A stretch of DNA of 63,769 nt, filler included. It is 9 parts of 9 records of this genome, joined end to end, with 100 filler letters (N's around TTAATTAATTAA, not from the genome) between each part and the next. Parts side by side here need not be neighbours in the genome. Positions count along the whole stretch, not along the records: positions 22,812 to 29,341 come from SRR7504441_489; positions 29,442 to 34,609 come from SRR7504441_495; positions 34,710 to 44,119 come from SRR7504441_496; 6 more parts are not named here. The stretch is one strand, 5' to 3'. This document shows, in pieces, positions 25,333 through 34,751 of this stretch. The first letter of the stretch is position 1. Every line of letters starts with the position of its first letter. The notes under the pieces were generated by a model that had not been told where the DNA came from, made no database searches, and saw only the letters and a program-made list of their open reading frames with translations. The translations under genes were made by a program, and so were the position numbers.

Positions 25333-27501
25333 TCACATTATGATTGCTGTCGAGGGCGCTGGCACCTTATCCTTGCCAGGGGAGGACGGTGTCGGGGCGG
25401 GCGTGACCTCGGGATTCTCCAATCGCGAGAACTCGAGCGTGGTGCCCTCTGCCAAGCTGTCATTTGAGGCCAGTCCAGCATTGTCCTCCTCGCACATTTC
25501 ATCATGAATGGCCTGGGGAGCCGCATCAGCCGAGGCCGGCGAGGCGTGCTCGAGGTCGATGTCGTCTTCGCGCTCCTCGTTTGTCTTGGGAGGAGCCCTC
25601 CGCCCTGGCACTTGGTAAGGCGGCAGCTCGCGGGTGGCTCGGACGGCGCTCCGGTTCTCGTCGTGCTCGTCCTTCTTCTTTATGCTCCGCTTAATCAGCC
25701 AACACATGAACACAAACACTACGAAACAAGGCAGCAGCGCTCCCACTTTATGGGCGAGGGGCTCATCATTGTATCTGGCTGCAATCGGAATGTCGCCACA
25801 GCATCCCTGCCCAGGCTGGGTCCGGCAGCAGCCAGGGCGGGCACCTGACGCTCCTCCCAGGAGTAATTGGGCTCGTCGCGAGGGTTTAGGACGGTATAGA
25901 CCCGACCGTTGGGGTCTGTGTACTGGCCACAGTCATAAGGGGAGTAAAAGACATTGTTCTTGAGCATCATGATGTCAATCAGCAGCACAAAGAACATCAA
26001 CGAGTAGTTGAACCACTTGCCCGTGAGCAGCACGTTGCACTTGGGGCACTTGAGGTTGGCGATCTTGAGTCCAGGGATCTTGATGTTGTTCGGGGTTTTG
26101 AAGGTGGGGAACTCCCTGCAGCCGTCCTGTGAGGCACTATCCTTACACTGGGACAGGACCAGTCCTGAAGGATCACCAAAAGGTCCAGGATCGTAATAAA
26201 AGACGCGAACGCACACCGCCCGACCTCGTTGGTCCCCTCGATGTTCTCCATTGCGTGGTCCCACCAATCGGAAGGATTTGCCGCAATGAACGAAATCACA
26301 ATCACCGACAACCCGAGCATTATTCCCCACGTCATGTGAATCCTGCCCACCAGTCAGTCACTGCGGGGACTCGGCGCATGCCTGAAGTTGCCGTCATACG
26401 CCTCGGCCCAGAATTTGCGGGCAGAGGTTAGCACATTCGGGAAGTTGCGGGTATCTTGTGACATCATGTCCCACACAAAGATCATCGTGAAGCTGGTCGC
26501 CAGCCACATGCCTGCCAGACCGTCATTCACGCTCCCGCGCCCGGCCCACCCGACGCGGCGATCTTATAAAACGTCTCGTTGCTCATTGGCAGTTTGCCAG
26601 TGATGGTCGGGGCATCATCGGAGGACTCGGCCACGATCCCGTTGTAAATCGCCGAGGTGAGCACCAGCGAGGTGAATGTAGTGAGCGTCATGATGAACCA
26701 GGAGCCCTTGTCTTGCTCGCCCTCGATCTGCGGCCGCAGCACCGTCCCGTCTGGCAGCACAGTCAGCTGGGCTCGCTCGACCTCGTCCAGATCGGCCGTA
26801 TTGTACAGCTTTTTGGGATACCCGAACGCCTGCATCTTGCAGCAGTCGCGCAGGCAGCGGTCGTGCACGACTCTCTTCCCGATCCAGAGCCCAAAAGCAA
26901 ACCCGCCCACGGCGAATCCGATCTTGACAAACACTAACCCGGCGTTGCTCGGCCATTGGTAGAAGAGCAGGTTGAACGTGTGGCCTAGGGTGGGCAGATC
27001 CGCCTTGGCCATCGAGTGCGCCATCGGGTCCTCGGCATAGAGCATGAAGTTGGCCACGATCACCGCCGCGCAATTCAGCAGCCGGGCGAACGGGTGTCGC
27101 AGGGTGAATTCGGAGTAAGCCGTCCAGACCCGCATCGTGCAGCAGCGGCCCTCGTGGGCGGCCGCGCCGCTAGGCCGCCGGGCCTCGGCCTGGTACTGTT
27201 GGTGATATTCCCGGGCGGTGGGGGAAATCTCACCGACGCCACCAGGCGGAGACTCGGCGACCTGGGGAAGGTCCTCGTCGACCGCCACCTGCTGCACCGT
27301 GGCGTGCACAGGGGGGCCCATCGTGTCCGAGCCGATCGAGTGCGGCGTGTCCGGAGTCACCGGGGAGCCGCCCTCGGCGATTCCTGACACGCCGCCTCGG
27401 TCGGGCTTGGGGTCGAGGTTGGTCAGGGGCGGTAAGTCGACCGCATCCCCAAATGCCGAATGCTCGCCCGAGTTGCTCGGCGCGGGGTGGTCCACGTCCA
27501 T
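25333..27501 (-). CDS. TMEM117: TMEM117-family multi-pass membrane protein (multi-exon)
   Basis: HPFARL..NFMLYAEDPMAHS, ILQDW|EFPTF, TGKWFNY..LIDIMMLKNNVFYSPYDCGQY..P.GRVYTV resemble TMEM117 conserved blocks as I recall them. Confidence 0.8.
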
Positions 27502-27687
27502 CGGTGCTACCCTGTGCTCGCCTAGCGCCCTCGCGAGCTACGCAAGAGCAGGGCCAGACGAGCTGACCGGCGGGCCTCGACTGCTCCACACACCGCGCTG
27601 GGGCAAAGTTCGATCAGTTGTCAAAAGCTGCCGTTGCCAGTAACGGACACGAGTGCTCGGCACGCTGCTGTGGGGGCGCTGTGCGAC

Positions 27688-29105
27688 ATGGAGCCGGCCG
27701 ATCCCAAGAAGCCCAAGCTGCAGGAGGACGGGGTTGCCGCGCTGGGCAGCCTGTCTGGCTTCCAGCTCTCGGAGCTCGTGTCGGACAATGTCACCCCCCC
27801 GGGCCCCGCCCGGCCGACCGCTGGCCCAGGTGGAGCTCACTGTGTTGCTCGGCCGGTTCGTCTGGCAGCCGGACGGAGAGCAGGCGCTGGTCAAGCTGAC
27901 CCCGCGCTCGCTGGTCCTGGCCGAGGCACAGCTAGCCGCCATCCGGGCGCTGTCGCTCGATAGAGTCTCGTACTCGGGTGCTGAGTACTGCTACTATGCG
28001 GCCCAGGTGTCTATCGCCAGCTGCCCGGCCTTATCGGGGGCACAGGCCGGTGCCGAGAGCGTGCTGGAGCGGCCGGAGTTGGGCCGGGCCTACAACCTTG
28101 AGGCGGAGCACCTGGGGGGGCGCATGGCCAGCCGTGCCGCAGGTGATCGCCCCTGCCAGCGCCAAGCAGATCCAGCGGAGCCGGCCCCAGGAGGGGTTCA
28201 TGGCACGCCGGCGGCTGGTGCGGCCCGTCATGGCTGTCCAGGTGGAGGAGACCCCGGAGATCTATCAGAAGGCCAGTTTGCCGTACATTGAGGCTCTAGA
28301 CCCGAGGAGCGTGGCCTGGGTGGCGAGATCGGGCAAGCAAGCGCTCGACCGGCCGGCCGGCAGGTGTATCATTTGCTCGACCTGTCCAAGGAGCGCGAGC
28401 GGATGCTGTTCAACGACCCCGATCCGGCGATCGGGTGAGGCTGGTCTGGCTGGGTTGGAGCAAAAGGTAGGTTTCTGCTGAATGTGGACACAAAGTGGAA
28501 AAGCCACCCCGAGTGCACCGAGGACCCGGCGCCCAGGGAGGCCTGGCGCGGGCACCCTGCGGTGGCCGACCTGTACGACTGCCGGCGGGCTCAGCGCGCT
28601 GACTGGGCTGCGCAGGTATTGCTTGGCAATCTGTCACCGGAAGGACATCCGGAGCCTCCGGGACCTAACTGGCGAGCACCTGCCGCTGCTCCGGAACATC
28701 CTGGAACGAGGCGCCGGTCGGGCAGGCCCGGGCGAGGGTTGCTGTCAGGCCTGGCCGAGATCGACAGGATATACGGGGTGCGAACGGATCAGCTGAGAGT
28801 GTTTGTCCATTACCAGGCATTTGCCTTCTGCCCGGATTGCTGATTAGCGGCTGCAGCCCCAGTTCTATCACTTCCACGTTCACTTCACACGGCTGGCTAG
28901 CGACCTCGGCTGCCAAGCTGAGCGGGCGCATCTGCTGCAGGCAGCGGGTTGGTAGGTGGCCGCTGAGCGGAGGCAGGATCTGATTCGGGCACTCGAGGCC
29001 GACTCAAGCGCGATGCAGACCCGGACGATATGCTTCCAGCTCAAAGCCAACGACGCGCTGCTCGCACGGATCCGGGAGCTCCAACCGGGTCTGGGCGGCG
29101 ACTGA
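27688..29105 (+). CDS. DCPS: Scavenger mRNA decapping enzyme DcpS (m7GpppX diphosphatase), 10 exons
   Basis: Removing 9 introns (27790-27829, 28103-28142, 28203-28241, 28320-28363, 28435-28470, 28573-28615, 28711-28748, 28817-28856, 28941-28976) gives a continuous ORF with [24 protein letters not shown] and the HIT motif [13 protein letters not shown]. Confidence 0.93.
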
Positions 29106-29341
29106 TCTGACCCAAGATCTGTTGAGATCTGAGCAGCATTGAACTAATTACTTGAACCTAGAGTGCAATCAGTCATGCCAACGTCACGCAACTATCACGC
29201 AACATGATCACTCGATGATAGTTACTACAGCTTACAATAGGTCCGAACTAGTCGCTGAAGCATCGGCGTGCGCCCTTTGACATCAAACTTCAACTGAGTA
29301 CGTACGAGTATAGTAAGGGACTGTTTCACGATCCCCAGAGT

Positions 29342-29441
29342 NNNNNNNNNNNNNNNNNNNNNNNNNNNNNNNNNNNNNNNNNNNNTTAATTAATTAANNN
29401 NNNNNNNNNNNNNNNNNNNNNNNNNNNNNNNNNNNNNNNNN
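29342..29441. other. Artificial contig linker
   Basis: N44-TTAATTAATTAA-N44. Confidence 0.99.
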
Positions 29442-29442
29442 A

Positions 29443-29515
29443 GGAAGAGGAAGAGGAGGAGGAGGAGGAGGCTCCTCGGCAGTCGCCCAGGGCCAAGCGA
29501 TCGAGGCGTGCCTGA
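29443..29515 (+). CDS. 3' end of an unknown gene (poly-Glu followed by a basic NLS-like tail)
   Basis: (GAG/GAA)n then APRQSPRAKRSRRA-stop at the contig start. Confidence 0.5.
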
Positions 29516-29903
29516 GCTGCGAAATTATCACGATAACATTGCTTCCTGAGCTGATCAACAGTTGATCAATGCTGGGCTCTTACACTACTGAGTCCCAGCC
29601 TTTCGTGCACACTGCGTTTAAATGAGGCTCGACCGGCATTCAGATTCCGTACGTACGTATCTTTCGAGAGCCACTGAGGTGGCTATGAGGTGGCTGAGTT
29701 GGCTGACACATATTGGTCGATCTATAATAGATTTAAGCGATAGATAAAGCGATAGATACGATTCTGAATCTTCAAATGATCAATACAAGGTAGTGCCAAT
29801 GCACATGCGCAGTCGTCGTTCTATATTGCAGGTATTTGGGTAGACGAAAGTATTATTTAAGTATTTCTTGGACCGCGCCGTGCCAACTATCGAGCAAAGA
29901 AAT

Positions 29904-31572
29904 CTAGACGGTGTAGACAAGCGAGACAGTTAATATCACAATGAAAGGGATCACCAACACGAGGGCGGTCAGCAGCTTTCTCGTCGTTCCAATCCCATGG
30001 ATGGCGCCCATGTAAGTATCAAATTGCATCCTGGCCAGCTTGTCCTCCTCAAACGGATATGGAGCCCCAAGACGATGCGCCACCGCCAGCCCCGAAATGG
30101 TTGCAATCTCATGAGTGTTAACCAAAGTGTAGGCCCCGCAGTACCTGCCCGAGCCATGAGGGCCACCACGCGCAGCTCCGACGCACCAGGACCGCGCAGT
30201 GTCCTGAATGAACCGCACGAAGGGCACAACCCTGGCCCAACCGTCAGCCCCGGCTGAGTTGTATCAAGGCACTTGTAGAAGTGAGCGGCCTCGTGCGCGA
30301 ACTGGTGCCACCACTTGACGAGCATCACCTTGTCCTCCGCGATCTCGTCCCGCGTCCACAGATGGCTCTCCTCCTTGTTAAGGAATATTGTCTGGTAAAT
30401 CGGCTCCTGGAAGTCTTGCAGCTGAGGCTGGTAAGCGCCCTGCATCCAGACCGTCAGTGGCCGTCGCAGGTTGTGCTATCACCAGGTTGAAACTCATCTC
30501 GCACTTGCTCCGGTCGGACGGGTCGGTCCTGATGTAGTACATCTCACGGGCCTTCCGGCACTCCTGGATGCCCCCAGCCATCGTGTAGTGCTTCTGCATG
30601 TACTCAGTGTCTCCGTGAGTGATCGTGACGTCTTCATAGTACCGCACGTTACCCAGGCAGAACTTCTCCATACAGCTCGGGTTGGGAAGCAACTTGAGCG
30701 CCACGTCGGCGTTGCACGCGAACACGATCTGGCTGAATCGCTCCAGCTTTCCGTTCATGTCAGTCACCTCGACATGATCATCAAACCTATCCACGCGCTG
30801 CACAGGCCGGGAGAAGCAGAACGTGGCGTTAATCTTCTGGGACATGGTGCGATAGATGTCCTGCAGCTTGCGGAAGGCGAACATCGGCGCCTCGTTCGCC
30901 ATTAGCCGGACAGGATCATACGGGAACAGGCACAGGTCAGGGTCCAGGAACACTCGCGCCATCACCGCTGACGACACATTCGGGGTCCGGTTGCCGGTAC
31001 CAAAGAAGAGCGCGGTGAGCGGGTAGACCATGTGCTCGCCGAACTCGGTGGAGAAGCAAAACATCTTAAGCAGGCACGAGATGGGCACAAACACAAAGAT
31101 CAGCTCGAACCGCAGCACCCACTCGAGCAGCTTGCCGAACCGGGCAATGTCCGGCTGGAGCCGTTGAAGCAACGGACTGAGCTTGGTGGCCTCGGCGTAG
31201 TTGTTCCACATGTATTCGCCCAGCCCGAAGCAAACACGGAACCCGACCTTCTCCGGCTCGATCCCGAACTGCTGGTGCAGCAGGAGCGTGTTCCGGTAGC
31301 TGTTCGCACCGCCCTGCACCCCGTCGTTGATGTACTGTCCGTTGGCCAGGGTCTCGCTGGTGGCCACCCCGCCGGCCTCGGCCTCCTTCTCCCACACGTG
31401 CACCTCAAACTTGTCCGGGAACCGCGCCAGGCTCCAGGCGCACGCCATCCTGCCCCCGCTAGGCCGGGCCCCCGAGCGCAGCCCACCCTGCGGCGCCGGC
31501 GCCAACCACCAGGATCCGCTGCTTCTCGGGACCGGCCGGCTCGGGCTGGTCGGGCACCTCTATCTTGTGCAT
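29904..31572 (-). CDS. FAD-dependent oxidoreductase (flavin amine oxidase-like) with a C-terminal TM helix
   Basis: RILVVGAGAAG|MACAWSL (GxGxxG completed across the 37-nt intron 31450-31486), WEKEAEAGGVA, INDGVQG, YCGAYTLVNTHEIATISGLAVA. Confidence 0.85.
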
Positions 31573-32114
31573 TTTGCGTCTTTGCATCCCGCAAGGCAGA
31601 GCGGACCGCGACTTGACCTCGGTCAGCACGACTTCAACGTTAACGGTTCTGAGAAAAAATCAAATGGACGCTGCACCTGTCCACTTATGCACCACTGCAA
31701 ATCCGGGCTGATCAGCCGTAGATCAGCCGGCCCCGCATCCCGCCCGCTGAGATCCGGGAGCCCAGGGTAGTCCGAGCGGTCGGTGGGCCGCCCCCGCGCC
31801 ACTCCCGGTTAATTCGTGTGTCCGATTCGCGTGTTCTGCTCGCATGTCCGGCTCGAGACCTGACTGACCGTTCTTGGCTGAAAACGACAATATAATGCCA
31901 GTTATATGCATTCAAATGAACCGGTTTGTAAGTGGTCCGAGGCTTGCGAGGCCTGCATGGCTATGCCGCTATGCGCTGGCCGCTGGGGCTTCATTTACGA
32001 GCTATCACAACGGACATCGCGGGGCTGATCGGGAGGTATTACCGGCTAGCGGGCTGCAAAGCGCGCGGGTGTGCGTTGCAGGCCGTAAAGGACTGTGCCA
32101 CTACAGGAGGATAG

Positions 32115-32776
32115 ATGCATTCCAGCCCGAGGGCGCCGGCCCAGCACACCCGCCCGCTTCCGGTGGGCTGGGACCCGCACGAGCACTCGTGGACACGGAG
32201 CGGCTTCCGACAGGCCGCACTGATGCGCCGGGGCGCCATCAACGCCACCCACACCCACGCGGCGGTCGAGGCACTCCAGCTGCGCGAGTCCGCGCTGAAG
32301 ACTGCCCTGACCCGGCTGCGCGGCCAGCTGGGCACCCGTCCGCCGTCGGCACCGCCCTCTGGGGTGCGCGCCCGCCCGATCCAAATCTTCACAAGGGTGC
32401 GCCGAGCCACGGTCCAGCCCGGATTGAATGAGCTGGGCAGGCCGAGCCGGCGCAAATGCTGGAGGCACGGACTGTGCTGGCCAGCGACGAGGGCAACAGC
32501 CGGCGGCGGCGGCGGCCTCTGACGGGGGCCCCGGCGCTGCGTGGGAGCACCGCGAGGGCCGGGGCGGGGTTTGCGATGCCGGTACCGTGCTCGCCCGAAG
32601 CAGGTCCTGCTGACAGGGAGTGGCGGGCCAAAGCAAGGCCAGTCGTCCCGCGGGAGATGGGACGGGGATGGGGAATCGGGCCTGGGACACTTGAGGTCGG
32701 CTGGGGTGGGAAGGCAGGGGGCTTTCAGATGACAGGACAAAGTATCGTGCCGCGTGTCAACGAGGCGGCTCACTAG
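32115..32776 (+). CDS. Hypothetical basic protein (multi-exon, 3' end uncertain)
   Basis: ATG-led ORF segments that can be joined by about 35-nt GT-AG introns; no recognised domain. Confidence 0.35.
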
Positions 32777-32995
32777 GTGAATGTATTCACGAGAGGCGCA
32801 GCTGCGCGGATTTGGCATGAGGCAGCAAGTGGGTACTAAATGAAGGCCGGCTCATGGAAACGCTTCAAATTATCAGAGTAGTAGTAACTCGGTAAAATTA
32901 TTGTAAGAGCCCTGTGTGGTGGGTTTGTTTTCAGTTCGTGGTGTACTTTCTTTAACCCACAAAGCAGTACAATAATTGTACTGCTTATTCGCATT

Positions 32996-34168
32996 TTACA
33001 TGTAGGTCTTAGGGAAGTAAGATGCCAACCATGAAGCCGAGGTGGTGTTCGGAGCAATCGCGGCAATATTGAAATAGGGATTGGACTTTTGATTAGCAAT
33101 CCCGCCAAAGATCCCGAGCACGCCTTGGTCTGTATCGCAAAAGTCGAAATCGCTGTTGTTGATATCGCCAAGGTCCTGCGGTCCATGGGAAACAGCGTCG
33201 CGTTCAGCAGCTGTCGGTCGCCAGGCTGGGTGCACTCGACGGTCATCTGGCCCTGGAAACAGAATGGGCTGGCCTCGGTTGCCCATAACCCAGCTGCCAC
33301 TGCGCAGGGTCTGAGACCGATATAGAACCACGCAGAGAGCACTGCTGTTGGCCCAGCCAGCAGAAGGACACGGCGGGCCCTCAGTGGTGGTCGCCACGTA
33401 GTACCAGCCGTCGTAGAACCGGATCGAAGGACACGCTGTCATCTGTTCCTCGGTAATGTAGTGCCGATCGGGATCCACCAGCCCCCAGCCTCGGTCCGGA
33501 GTGCTGGCGTTCGTTTCAGCAAAATACGCAGTCCATGAGAGCTTCCGGCCTCGAAAGAGGTTAGTCTCTATGACCATCACATGCCGCCGGCCAGCGGCTC
33601 GGTCCGTCACGCGATGCACGTCGGTGTTGAAAATGTCGAACCCAGTCGGCACTGTGAGCACCTGCCGCCGGGTCCAGCTGGCTGCCGAGGTCGGGTCGCT
33701 AGAGGCAAAGCACGAGAGCGTGGCGGCGCCGTTGGTCCTGTTGACCAGGTTGGTACCGTAAACGTACAGCACGCCCTGGTGCACTGTAGCAGCGGTCATG
33801 CCGAACCCCTCCGACCCGGGAATGGCCCGCAACAGCGTTCCGAGCGTGGCGTAATCAACTAGCTGAATCACCTGAGGTGCGCACGAGCCCACCGCCACCC
33901 GCCGCTCTTCCGAGCACTTGCACTGGCTGCAGTCCGCGTACCCCACGGGAGCGCTCCGGTTGGCAACGCAGCCGTAGGTGCGGCACGAGCAGCAGCCGTA
34001 CAGCCCGGGGGTGTTGCCGCTGGCTGACTGGACCAGCAGGGTGCGGCCGGCCCAACGGACTGGCGAGGTCTCGGCCGCCTGCATCACGTACGCCCCCAGC
34101 TTGTGCAGCCGGGCCTGGCACCCAGCTTGTCCTGCCCACAGCACCAACCCCACCACGAGGCGCTGCAT
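32996..34168 (-). CDS. Secreted intronless protein, probable five-bladed beta-propeller (GH43/GH32-like clan)
   Basis: Signal peptide; ETSPVRW.GR.LLV, LYVYGT, IFNTDV, TACPSIRFYDGWYYV, VLYRS..L..W, DINNSDFDFCD blade-like segments. Confidence 0.6.
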   Translation of the reverse strand: MQRLVVGLVLWAGQAGCQARLHKLGAYVMQAAETSPVRWAGRTLLVQSASGNTPGLYGCCSCRTYGCVANRSAPVGYADCSQCKCSEERRVAVGSCAPQVIQLVDYATLGTLLRAIPGSEGFGMTAATVHQGVLYVYGTNLVNRTNGAATLSCFASSDPTSAASWTRRQVLTVPTGFDIFNTDVHRVTDRAAGRRHVMVIETNLFRGRKLSWTAYFAETNASTPDRGWGLVDPDRHYITEEQMTACPSIRFYDGWYYVATTTEGPPCPSAGWANSSALCVVLYRSQTLRSGSWVMGNRGQPILFPGPDDRRVHPAWRPTAAERDAVSHGPQDLGDINNSDFDFCDTDQGVLGIFGGIANQKSNPYFNIAAIAPNTTSASWLASYFPKTYM

Positions 34169-34238
34169 CTCGGCGGTGTTTCCGTTGGCGCGATCAAACG
34201 GCCGGATCGGTTGGGCTTGTGTTCAGGCGGCGGCAAGC

Positions 34239-34535
34239 ATGGGGTGTGCGTCGTCTGAAGAGGCAAAGCCGTACAACTGGAACGGGATGAGGGACCCGAA
34301 CAGCCCGAGTCGAGGCACCGCCATCAACCAGGGCAGCATCTCCAACTCTCGGAGGAACTCGCCGACCACCGACCAGATCAAGTTACACAACGACCACGAG
34401 ATCGCTAAGGCCCAGAAGAAGATGGATGACGACGTCGATCGCGTGCGGAAGGACTACCAGCAAAAGGAACCCCCGACGTATTCGGCTGCGGCGCCCGAGC
34501 CTGCGCAAAAGTACCACATGCCGGGAAAGTACTAG
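34239..34535 (+). CDS. Small (98 aa) protein with an MGCASS N-terminus (predicted myristoylation/palmitoylation)
   Basis: ATG GGG TGT GCG TCG TCT, open to TAG at 34535. Confidence 0.65.
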   Translation: MGCASSEEAKPYNWNGMRDPNSPSRGTAINQGSISNSRRNSPTTDQIKLHNDHEIAKAQKKMDDDVDRVRKDYQQKEPPTYSAAAPEPAQKYHMPGKY

Positions 34536-34609
34536 GGGGACCGGCGCTGGAGAGCAGCTGCAGCTCGTGCCCGGACGCTCGGCGCCGGAAGTGCACCTCC
34601 TGGATGCTC

Positions 34610-34709
34610 NNNNNNNNNNNNNNNNNNNNNNNNNNNNNNNNNNNNNNNNNNNNTTAATTAATTAANNNNNNNNNNNNNNNNNNNNNNNNNNNNNNNNNNN
34701 NNNNNNNNN
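34610..34709. other. Artificial contig linker
   Basis: N44-TTAATTAATTAA-N44. Confidence 0.99.
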
Positions 34710-34751
34710 GCCGTCGTCCCGTTCCTGCAGAGCCGCTCCCGCACGATCACC

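Noticed and set aside
28470-28481. In-frame TGA codons in DcpS and other genes as selenocysteine or recoding
   Set aside because: They fall in introns or off-frame once the short introns are removed; standard code suffices
29730-29765. AAGCGATAGATA duplicated (similar GGCTACGA repeats near 60505-60530)
   Set aside because: Two to three copy micro-duplications in intergenic DNA with no further structure
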